DNA of 21,225 nucleotides, counting the filler, from an uncultured virus (IMG/VR IMGVR_UViG_2049941000_000845) (taxonomy: Duplodnaviria > Heunggongvirae > Uroviricota > Caudoviricetes). It is 3 parts of one record of this genome, joined end to end, with 100 filler letters (N's around TTAATTAATTAA, not from the genome) between each part and the next. Parts side by side here need not be neighbours in the genome. Positions count along the whole stretch, not along the records: positions 2,027 to 21,225 come from IMGVR_UViG_2049941000_000845; 2 more parts are not named here. One strand, given 5' to 3'. The first letter of the stretch is position 1. Each line of letters opens with the position of its first letter. The notes beneath the pieces were generated by a model. The model ran no database searches and was not told the DNA's origin. It saw only the letters and a program-made list of their open reading frames with translations. Positions 7,156 to 15,542 of the stretch are shown here, piece by piece. A program made the position numbers and the translations under genes.

Positions 7156-8110
7156 ATGGGTAAAAGTCTAAAAGGCAAGGAATGCGGCAAGGGCATTTGC
7201 CAAAGAAAGGACGGTAAATATCACGCCAGGTTCGATGACCGATTTGGCAAATCACACGGAAAATACTTCACGACACTTCCTGAAGCTCGAAACTGGCTGG
7301 AGGAAGCTAAGTACAGAGATAAACACGGCAGCACGTTCCTCCCCTCAGAGGATTTGACCGTTGATGAGTGGTTCAATTTTTGGCTTGAAAACCTTGTATC
7401 TGATCTCTCTCCGAATGGTAGAAGAGCAAATCAAGTTTTTGGAGACCGCTGCTCGGTCACACAATTATTATCAGTACGCTCTTATCCTGGAGACAGGACT
7501 TCGGACGGGTGAAATGATTGGATTGACCTGGGACGCAATTGATTTCAAAAAACGTACCTTGACGGTCAATAAAACCCTTGAATACCGCCACAAGCAGACG
7601 GAATGGCGGGCAGGTCCGCCTAAGACCCGGCAGAGCTACCGCACGATTCCTCTCACGAATCGGGCAGTCGAGATCCTGCAGGAGGTAAAGGCAAAGAGCG
7701 TTGGCCGCAAGGAATCTCCTCTGCTTTCAAGAACCTTGGAGTATATCGACAGACGGACGGGCGCAACCGCGACGCTTGTCATGCGTGATCTCGTTTTTAT
7801 CAACTTTCGGACCGGTGAACCAGCAAAAAACAGTTCTTACGATACACATCTGTATAAGCTGTGTGATGAAGCCGGTATCGACCACTTTTGTATGCACGCC
7901 CTCCGGCACACCTACGCAACCAGGGCCATTGAAAGCGGAATGCAGCCCAAAGTACTGCAAAAGCTTCTTGGCCACGCAAGTATCAAAACCACCATGGACC
8001 GGTACGTCCATGTTACTGACGAATCTTTGGATAAAGTTATCCGGCAGTTTGAGGTTTGTCAGCCCCCGGTTTCCGCCCCCGATGCGCAAAAGTGCGTAAA
8101 AAGTGCGTAA
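7156..8110 (+). pseudogene. int: Tyrosine integrase (Tn916-like) with internal deletion and frameshift near 7415
   Basis: Arm-binding N-terminus MGKSLKGKECGKGICQRKDGKYHARF...LTVDEWFNFWLENLVSDLSPN joins out of frame to the catalytic domain (TGLRTGE, PPKT, HALRHTYAT, LLGH, RYVH). Most of the core-binding domain is absent and there are no Ns at the junction. Confidence 0.85.
8088..8109 (+). repeat. 11-bp tandem repeat AAAAGTGCGTA x2, probable integrase arm site
   Basis: Exact copies at 8088-8098 and 8099-8109 at the integrase 3' end, ~70 bp before ychF. Confidence 0.65.
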
Positions 8111-8176
8111 ACGCAAAATGGGGGGTGCCCGGAAACCCTTGAAAATACTGAAAAAATGAAGGAGATGTGATCAAAT

Positions 8177-8337
8177 ATGAAATTAGGCATCGTGGGTCTG
8201 CCCGGGGTGGGCAAGACGACCCTTTACAACGCGCTGACCGGCTCGAAGGCTGAGACCGGCGGCTACGGCGGCTCCGGCAAGGCCAACATTGGCCAGGCCA
8301 AGGTCCCCGACGAGCGGCTGGACTGGCTGGCGGAATA
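8177..8337 (+). CDS. ychF: YchF/Ola1-family ATPase, N-terminal fragment
   Basis: MKLGIVGLPGVGKTTLYNALTG...NIGQAKVPDERLDWL matches the YchF start and VPDxRL motif; AAGGAG RBS upstream; truncated by gap. Confidence 0.85.
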
Positions 8338-8347
8338 NNNNNNNNNN

Positions 8348-8611
8348 TTTGAAGGTTCTTTTGTCGGGGTTATCTTTCCACCATGCGAGTCGGCATTCGT
8401 CTGAGCAGAACTTGCGCTGACGTTTGTGCGGCTTGCTGATTATTTCCGTTCCGCAGCACATGCACGTTCCGGTGCTTCCGGTTTCAATCGGATGCCGTCT
8501 GCACCAGCTCTTCACGGAATTAACAGGCAACTTGAGTTCGGAAGCAATGACCCGGTATCCCTTTCCGTCCTTGCGGAGACGGTTGATCTGTTCTATCTGT
8601 AAATCGTTCAT
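8348..8611 (-). CDS. HTH (sigma-70 region 4-like) plus Zn-finger protein, N-terminal part; C-terminus at 12370-12430
   Basis: MNDLQIEQINRLRKDGKGYRVIASELKLPVNSVKSWCRRH...CMCCG...RKFCSDECRLAWW; GGAGG RBS before the ATG at 8611. Confidence 0.82.
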
Positions 8612-8668
8612 GACTGAGACCTCCCAAGTCACAGTCAAAGAATATGCAGCGGATTTTAACCCCATAAC

Positions 8669-8715
8669 AAAAAAAGAGCCTGCAAGCGCTCCGAAAACGG
8701 AATGCCCACAGGCTC
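8669..8715 (-). terminator. Intrinsic terminator after the endolysin
   Basis: GAGCCTG (8676-8682) / CAGGCTC (8709-8715) with further inner pairing, followed by T7 on the minus strand, ~16 bp after the stop at 8732. Confidence 0.8.
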
Positions 8716-8731
8716 AAAGGTTGATATGGGG

Positions 8732-9082
8732 TTATTTCAGCAGTTCGTTGACGCGCTTCTGTACGGCGTCGTAGTCGTATCCGGCGGCGGTCAGACGGTT
8801 GCGGCGGTCGGCTCCGTTGCCCCACAGACCGCAGATGACTTCGAGGGCAAGCTCGTCCACGGTCTTCTGCGAGACAGCGGTCACCAGCTGAAGGTCGGCG
8901 GCGTTGACAGGGCTGCAGATGGCGTTTCTGCCGTCCTCGCTTCGGTCGATAACGACCCTCGCGCCGTCAGCCTGCAGGACGTACCAGTTCTTCGCCTTCA
9001 CCCAGGCGGGGATGGTTTTGCCGCTGTAGTATTTCGTCCCGGTGATCTTCACCAGGTCGCCCTTCTTGAAGGACGCGGTAGG
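8732..9082 (-). CDS. Endolysin C-terminal fragment with Cpl-7 (CW_7) cell-wall-binding repeat
   Basis: FKKGDLVKITGTKYYSGKTIPAWVK domain followed by KTVDELALEVICGLWGNGADRRNRLTAAGYDYDAVQKRVNELL, a typical Cpl-7 repeat. Confidence 0.88.
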   Translation of the reverse strand, partial: PTASFKKGDLVKITGTKYYSGKTIPAWVKAKNWYVLQADGARVVIDRSEDGRNAICSPVNAADLQLVTAVSQKTVDELALEVICGLWGNGADRRNRLTAAGYDYDAVQKRVNELLK

Positions 9083-9092
9083 NNNNNNNNNN

Positions 9093-9303
9093 CGTACAAA
9101 ACACAGATTGCCCATTTCTTCCGCTTCCACTCCTCGTTCCGTCCAATCAGGAACGATGTGATTATGGTAGATACAGGCATCACCACATACAATGCAAGCA
9201 CGGAATATCCCATTGCATCATCATAAAGTGGCGTCACCCAGAATATCAGGATGAGCATCGCCCATACGATCAAGTGTGCGAGAATGGGCATCATTTTCCT
9301 CAT
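9093..9303 (-). CDS. Small multi-pass membrane protein, partial
   Basis: MRKMMPILAHLIVWAMLILIFWV...DAMGYSVLALYVVMPVSTIITSFLIGRN has hydrophobic segments. A near-identical start occurs at 9325-9372 with an AAGGTG RBS. Confidence 0.6.
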
Positions 9304-9501
9304 GATCCAATCACNNNNNNNNNNAATCGCCCATACGATCAAGTGTGCGAGAATGGGCATTATTTTCCTCATGATCAGATCACCTTGCTTTCCATTTTTC
9401 AATCAATCTTTACCATCCATTTTCTGCTCCTAAACAACCATACGGATATCCCCCAGCGAACAATCTCCTCCAGCCCAATCACAAAGTACACNNNNNNNNN
9501 N

Positions 9502-10887
9502 ACCTTCATATCGCGCTTTTGCTTTTTCGTAGCGGTCAACATAGCCGTTATATCTGGCCGCATACTCGCTCTGATCCTGCGCCACGGATGAGTTTTCTTC
9601 GATGCACTTCCTCGTGAGCTCGGCGACGATCTCCATCTCCCGAAGCAGCTCTGCCATTTCAGCGTCGATTGACGAAGTATCCGTCAGCACCTCTTTCGCA
9701 GTCAGGCAGGCTGCAATATACGATTCTTTTGATGTGATTATTCCGTTGAATGCCGCCGTGAATCTGTCCCTGATTTCATCTTCAGATAATGCCGGGGTTG
9801 AACATTTCCGCTCTCTGTCTTTATACTTGCAGTTGCAGCGCCACACGGTCGTTCTGTNNNNNNNNNNGGTTTTGGGACCGTACCAACCGCCGCAGTCTCC
9901 GCAGATGAGCTTCGCGCCGAATACGCTTTTCCCGCTGTAGGCTTTCCCGATGCGCTTTCGCCGTTTGATCTCCTCCTGCACGACATCCCATTCCAGCGGA
10001 TCGATAATCGCCTCGTGGCTGTGTTCGATGTAGTACTGCGGTACTTCGCCCTCATTGATCTTTTGCTTCTTGGTAAGGAAATCCGTTGTAAAGCACTTCT
10101 GAAGGAGCGCCGAGCCCCGGTATTTCTCGTTTTGAAGAATGCTTCTGATCGTTGACGCACGCCATTCTTTTTTGCCTGCCGGAGTCGGTATCCCGTCCGC
10201 AGTCAGTTCCTTTGCAATGGTACAGGCGGTTTTCCCCTGCATGAAGGTTCGGTAAATCCGTCTGACGATGACAGCCTGATCGGGATTGACAACGGGCGGA
10301 TCATCCTTCTTCTGACCGCGTTCATAGCCGAGAAACTGTTTATACGGAAGACTGACTTTACCGTCGGAGAACCGCTTCCGCTGTCCCCAGGTGACGTTCT
10401 CGGAGATGGAGCGGGATTCTTCCTGTGCAAGGCTGCTCATAATAGTCAGGAGAAGTTCTCCCTTGCCGTCGAGCGAGTAGATGTTTTCCTTCTCGAAATA
10501 AACCTCGACGCCCTGCTCCTTCAGCTTTCGTATCGTCACCAGACTGTCAACCGTGTTCCGGGCAAAACGACTGACCGATTTAGTGATTATCAGATCTATG
10601 GAGCCCGCCATGGCGTCGCCTATCATCTCGTTGAAGCCGTCGCGCTTTTTTGTGCCAAGGCCGCTGATCCCTTCGTCCGTGTAAACTTTTACAAACTCCC
10701 AGTCGGCGTGTCTTTTGATAAACTGCGTATAGTAGTCAACCTGCGCTTCATATGAGGTGTACTGTTCATCCTTTTCCGTGGATACGCGGGCATATCCGGC
10801 AACACGGCGCTTTTTCGCAGTTGGGTCTGCAAGTCGATGCAGCGCCGTGCGAGTTGCCGGGATTACGGTTACATTTCTTTCCTGCAT
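9502..10887 (-). CDS. Large serine recombinase 2 (with coiled-coil); internal gap, C-terminus missing
   Basis: VAGYARVST, YTDEGISG, TKSVSRFARN, SSLAQEESRSISEN, recombinase domain (ILQNEKYRG, HEAII), Zn ribbon CGDC...C...C, then a long heptad-like helix. Confidence 0.95.
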
Positions 10888-12155
10888 TTCATGTGCCTCG
10901 CTTTCGTCTGTTCTCCTGCCTTCTTTCTCATTTCATCCGTCCAGGACACGGACCGTGAGCGGTCTGACCAGCGTTTCTCCAAGACCTGACCATCCTCAAA
11001 GTGAAAGATGAGCCGGTTGCCGTTATCAGCTGTGATTTCGGCGATCCGGCTCATATCCATGTCTTCGGTCAAAGCAAGCAGTACCGTTTCCGGGATCTGT
11101 TTCGACGGGCAGGCTGTTTTGCCTTTATCATTGAATGTCTGGCAAATCCATACAGGCCCGGTTTTCGTAACCTTTCTTCTGTAATGCTTCCCGCACCACG
11201 CGCAGGTAATCAGCGAGGTAAAAGGATAAACCGTTCTGCTCTTTTTTGGAGATGGTGCGTATCTGGCGGCACGTTCCTCCATAATCTCCTGTGTCTGCTG
11301 AAACACGTCAGGGGCAATGATCGCCTCGTGCGTATTCCGCGCATGGTACATCGGCAGTTCGCCGTTATTGACGAGCGTTCGTTTCGTTATATGGTTCTCA
11401 CGGAAGGTTTTCTGAAGCAGCAGATTCCCCGTATAGGCATAATTGCGCAGGATGGCATAGACGCCGGAACGGTTAAACGCTCTGTTATACCGCGTCCTGT
11501 ACCCCTCCGCATTCAGCTTTTTAACGATGGAGGGAATCCCTCTGCCGGAAATATAAAGATCAAAAATGTATTTGACAATCGACGCCTCTTCGGGAACAAC
11601 TGTCAGCGTTCCATTGATATTTCTGTAGCCGAGCATGGTGCTGTTCCAGGGCTTGCCTTCCTCAAAATTTTTCCTGACCCTCCACTTCTGGTTCTCGCTG
11701 ACAGAGAGCGATTCTTCCTGGGCATAGCTTGCGAGTACCGTCAGCATCAGTTCACCCTCTGAACTCATCGTGTGGATGCCCTGTTCTTCAAAGAACACGT
11801 CTACTCCATATTGGCGAATCTCTCTCACCGTTTCCAGAAGCGTGACCGTATTTCTGGCGAAGCGTGAAATCGACTTGACTATGACAAGGTCGATTTTTCC
11901 CGCTTTGCAGTCCTGCAGAAGCCGCTGAAAACCGGGACGATCCTCTCTCGTGCCTGTCCGTGCTTCGTCTGAATAGACTCCAACATAGAGCCAGCCGGGG
12001 TGCTTCTGTATCATCTCACTGTAATGGCTGATCTGTGCAGAGAGCGAATGAAGCATTGCATCTTTGCCGGACGAAACGCGGGCATATGCTGCCGCACGGA
12101 CGGCTTTCGGCTGCAAAGGAGTGTTAAACTGCTTTTTTTCTATGACTCTTTCCAT
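10869..12155 (-). CDS. Large serine recombinase 1 (428 aa, no coiled-coil)
   Basis: AAAYARVSS, YSDEARTG, VKSISRFARN, SYAQEESLSVSEN, ILRNYAYTG, HEAII, Zn ribbon CAWC...C...C; AGGAGG RBS; overlaps the start of recombinase 2. Confidence 0.96.
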   Translation of the reverse strand: MERVIEKKQFNTPLQPKAVRAAAYARVSSGKDAMLHSLSAQISHYSEMIQKHPGWLYVGVYSDEARTGTREDRPGFQRLLQDCKAGKIDLVIVKSISRFARNTVTLLETVREIRQYGVDVFFEEQGIHTMSSEGELMLTVLASYAQEESLSVSENQKWRVRKNFEEGKPWNSTMLGYRNINGTLTVVPEEASIVKYIFDLYISGRGIPSIVKKLNAEGYRTRYNRAFNRSGVYAILRNYAYTGNLLLQKTFRENHITKRTLVNNGELPMYHARNTHEAIIAPDVFQQTQEIMEERAARYAPSPKKSRTVYPFTSLITCAWCGKHYRRKVTKTGPVWICQTFNDKGKTACPSKQIPETVLLALTEDMDMSRIAEITADNGNRLIFHFEDGQVLEKRWSDRSRSVSWTDEMRKKAGEQTKARHMKCRKEM

Positions 12156-12194
12156 GGTGTCACCTCCTTGTCAGTGTCGCATATTACCGTCAGT

Positions 12195-12377
12195 TCAGCC
12201 TGTTATCAAGTCAATTTCGGCAAATATGGTGGACGATCTTAACCCGTATTTTTCCGCGAGAACTGTGCATGTTATGCTGAAATCTTCTTGAGAAATAATC
12301 CCTTCGGACAGCATTTCCCTGATCACAGCAAGAGCGGTTTTATAATCCCGGATTCTGTTATAAAGCCCTTCATCCAT
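12195..12377 (-). CDS. SHOCT-like small protein preceding the recombinases
   Basis: MDEGLYNRIRDYKTALAVIREMLSEGIISQEDF...LAEKY has the MLxxGIISxEDF pattern; start overlaps the stop of the upstream HTH/Zn gene. Confidence 0.8.
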   Translation of the reverse strand: MDEGLYNRIRDYKTALAVIREMLSEGIISQEDFSITCTVLAEKYGLRSSTIFAEIDLITG

Positions 12378-12430
12378 CCCGTGCCACCTTCGTTCTTGCC
12401 TTTGCGAAACACTCACGGCAGCAGTAATCC
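12370..12430 (-). CDS. C-terminal fragment of the HTH/Zn-finger protein
   Basis: Manual translation DYCCRECFAKARTKVARDG* echoes the KFCSDEC motif in the 8348-8611 fragment. Confidence 0.65.
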
Positions 12431-12931
12431 NNNNNNNNNNNNNNNNNNNNNNNNNNNNNNNNNNNNNNNNNNNNNNNNNNNNNNNNNNNNNNNNNNNNNN
12501 NNNNNNNNNNNNNNNNNNNNNNNNNNNNNNNNNNNNNNNNNNNNNNNNNNNNNNNNNNNNNNNNNNNNNNNNNNNNNNNNNNNNNNNNNNNNNNNNNNNN
12601 NNNNNNNNNNNNNNNNNNNNNNNNNNNNNNNNNNNNNNNNNNNNNNNNNNNNNNNNNNNNNNNNNNNNNNNNNNNNNNNNNNNNNNNNNNNNNNNNNNNN
12701 NNNNNNNNNNNNNNNNNNNNNNNNNNNNNNNNNNNNNNNNNNNNNNNNNNNNNNNNNNNNNNNNNNNNNNNNNNNNNNNNNNNNNNNNNNNNNNNNNNNN
12801 NNNNNNNNNNNNNNNNNNNNNNNNNNNNNNNNNNNNNNNNNNNNNNNNNNNNNNNNNNNNNNNNNNNNNNNNNNNNNNNNNNNNNNNNNNNNNNNNNNNN
12901 NNNNNNNNNNNNNNNNNNNNNNNNNNNNNNN

Positions 12932-14725
12932 GGGAACAGACGGCTTCTGATCCGAAGAAGTAAAGCCGTTCAGCTTCGCTCCTCTGATGACGGCGGGATA
13001 GTCCTTATAGGCGACGTCGGTATCCACGTTGCCTGAGATGCCGTTCACGCTGCCCTTGGAAGAGTTCTGCCACATACCGAAAGCGCCGTCATAGCTCGGA
13101 GCNNNNNNNNNNAGTCGGAGCCATCAGCGGAACCGTAGCCGAGGCGGATCATGGTGAACTTCACGCCGGCCGCCTTGACCTTTGCCCAGTCGATCTCGCC
13201 CTGCCACTTGGAAACGTCGATGCCCTTAACCGTGGTCGTGACGGGATCGGACGGGGTTCCCGGGACGGACTCGTACTTGACATACGGCAGTTTGCCGTGC
13301 CTCGTCCAGTTGCGGCGGTTGTAGCCGGACACGCTGCGGTTGCAGGCCGTGATCTGGACCTTATTGTCCCATCGAGGAGTGCATTCGACGGCGAGACCGT
13401 CGCCGATGTACACGCCGATGTGGCCTTCCATCCATACCGCCTCGCCGACCTCGATCTTCGAGAAATCGGTGCTGACGTTCTTGCAGACGGTGATCATGGT
13501 GTCCGCGCCGTAGTCAGGCACGCCGTTGGAAGCGTAGGTCGCGCCGCCGTAAATGGCGTTCTTGTCGCCGCTCCAGCCCCACAGAACGCCCTTGATAAGA
13601 CAGCCGCAGTCGAAGCCGAAGGTGTCGGCAGATGCGGCGGTGNNNNNNNNNNCGCCAGCCAGTGATCGAACCGCTTCAGCCTGGAATCGTCCAGGCGGTT
13701 CTTAAGCCAGTCAAGGTTGCTGTACAGGGAGCAGTAGAATCCCGCCTTCTCGATGGCGTCGCCGAAAGCAATGACCATATCGGTCAACACGTTCTTGCCG
13801 AGGTTCTGCTGGGTCTTGTCCTCCAGGTCGAACGCGACGGGATAGGTGAACACACCCTTGTACTTTTCAAGGACGCTCACCACATAGGCGGCTTCCTTCT
13901 TCGCTGCGGCCACGGAGGTCGCGTAGGAGTAGAAGTAGCAGCCGACTTCAACGCCAGCCTTCACAGCCCTCTGCACGTTCCTCTCGAACCAGCCGTCANN
14001 NNNNNNNNNNNNNNNNNNNNNNNNNNNNNNNNNNNNNNNNNNNNNNNNNNNNNNNNNNNNNNNNNNNNNNNNNNNNNNNNNNNNNNNNNNNNNNNNNNNN
14101 NNNNNNNNNNNNNNNNNNNNNNNNNNNNNNNNNNNNNNNNNNNNNNNNNNNNNNNNNNNNNNNNNNNNNNNNNNNNNNNNNNNNNNNNNNNNNNNNNNNN
14201 NNNNNNNNNNNNNNNNNNNNNNNNNNNNNNNNNNNNNNNNNNNNNNNNNNNNNNNNNNNNNNNNNNNNNNNNNNNNNNNNNNNNNNNNNNNNNNNNNNNN
14301 NNNNNNNNNNNNNNNNNNNNNNNNNNNNNNNNNNNNNNNNNNNNNNNNNNNNNNNNNNNNNNNNNNNNNNNNNNNNNNNNNNNNNNNNNNNNNNNNNNNN
14401 NNNNNNNNNNNNNNNNNNNNNNNNNNNNNNNNNNNNNNNNNNNNNNNNNNNNNNNNNNNNNNNNNNNNNNNNNNNNNNNNNNNNNNNNNNNNNNNNNNNN
14501 NNNNNNNNNNNNNNNNNNNNNNNNNNNNNNNNNNNNNNNNNNNNNNNNNNNNNNNNNNNNNNNNNNNNNNNNNNNNNNNNNNNNNNNNNNNNNNNNNNNN
14601 NNNNNNNNNNNNNNNNNNNNNNNNNNNNNNNNNNNNNNNNNNNNNNNNNNNNNNNNNNNNNNNNNNNNNNNNNNNNNNNNNNNNNNNNNNNNCAGTTTGT
14701 TCACAAATTCAATGTTCGTCATCAT
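12932..14725 (-). CDS. Endolysin with NlpC/P60-like peptidase and GH25 muramidase domains; fragments mis-ordered (inferred order 14693-14725, 13113-13642, 13653-13998, 12932-13102, 8732-9082)
   Basis: Start MMTNIEFVNKL. FGFDCGCLIKGVLWGW...GHIGVYIGDG gives a Cys/His pair. GH25 motifs: KGIDVSKWQGEIDWAKVK, GCYFYSYA, PVAFDLED, WLA, MWQNSSKGSVNGISGNVD. Confidence 0.9.
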
Positions 14726-15140
14726 CGTTTTCGCCCTCCTTTTCGGCGCGGTCGTGAAGCTGTTCCAGTACGGCTTTCAGCTTCTTGGGGATAGGCAGGC
14801 CGAGGTGGCCCGCGTTTTCAATGAGGGACACTCCCTCGTTGGACAGGTAGAAGAAAATGACGGCGGTCCGCAGCACGGAGCCGGCGCCGATCACCTGGGC
14901 GTCGAGGATGTGACCGATGCCCACGAGGGCGAAGATCAGCACCTTCTTGAAGATGCCTTTGAAACCGATCTCGCTCGAGAGCTTCCTGTCCACCACGGCG
15001 CACATGACGCCCGTGATGTAGTCCAGCATCACGAACGCCAGGAGCGCGTACAGCAGACCGTCGCACCCGCCCAGAAACCATCCGAGCCAGCCGCCCACAG
15101 CGGCGAAAATGACCTGAATGGTCGTCCAGAACTCCTTCAT
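14709..15140 (-). CDS. Phage holin (toxin secretion/phage lysis holin, Phage_holin_4_1-like)
   Basis: GGWLGWFLGGCDGLLYALLAFVMLDYITG...SSEIGFKGIFKK...YLSNEGVSLIENAGHLGLPIP; GGAGG RBS; overlaps the endolysin start. Confidence 0.95.
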   Translation of the reverse strand: MKEFWTTIQVIFAAVGGWLGWFLGGCDGLLYALLAFVMLDYITGVMCAVVDRKLSSEIGFKGIFKKVLIFALVGIGHILDAQVIGAGSVLRTAVIFFYLSNEGVSLIENAGHLGLPIPKKLKAVLEQLHDRAEKEGENDDDEH

Positions 15141-15163
15141 TGCTCATTCCTCCTTCGAGTTTT

Positions 15164-15529
15164 TTAATATAACCAGGACGGTCTTTCGGGAGCCGTCAGG
15201 GTTTCCGTGACTTTGAGCCAGTCCGCGTACCAGTCGGCAAGTTCCGACTTCTGTTCATCGGAGAGCCTGTCGTACCAGGGCTGGCCCCTGTTGATATAGG
15301 AAAAGCACTCCGTTTCGCGCCGCTCCCGCAGCTCGTCACAAAGTGCTTTCCGTTCAAGTTCCGTATTCTGTTTTACATCGTATTCGAGGACACCATCCTT
15401 CACCCGGTAGGCTGTGAAGTGCGCCTCGAAATGTTCTCTGTCGGGAGGATCGGGAACCTCGATCCCTCCGACGATGTTTCCTACCCATGCGTAGGAAGAG
15501 ACATAACCGTTTTCGGTCTTTATCTGCAT
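15164..15529 (-). CDS. Phage protein downstream of tail fibre (possible fibre assembly chaperone)
   Basis: 121-aa ORF with GGAGG RBS. C-terminal LRERRETEC...WYADWLKVTE...PERPSWL resembles fibre-chaperone endings; position between fibre and holin. Confidence 0.7.
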   Translation of the reverse strand: MQIKTENGYVSSYAWVGNIVGGIEVPDPPDREHFEAHFTAYRVKDGVLEYDVKQNTELERKALCDELRERRETECFSYINRGQPWYDRLSDEQKSELADWYADWLKVTETLTAPERPSWLY

Positions 15530-15542
15530 ATAGCACCTCCTC

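Noticed and set aside
8337..8348. Prophage inserted into ychF
   Set aside because: The junction is a 10-N placeholder, and the adjoining contig belongs in the 12431-12931 gap.
9430..9491. C-terminus of recombinase 2 as given in the ORF track
   Set aside because: It lies on a different contig beyond a placeholder gap and does not resemble an LSR C-terminus.
12288..15167. Long ORFs running through N runs (also 2346-3000, 4354-5144, 8183-8665, 9049-9402)
   Set aside because: They exist only because Ns hide stops, and they fuse unrelated contigs.
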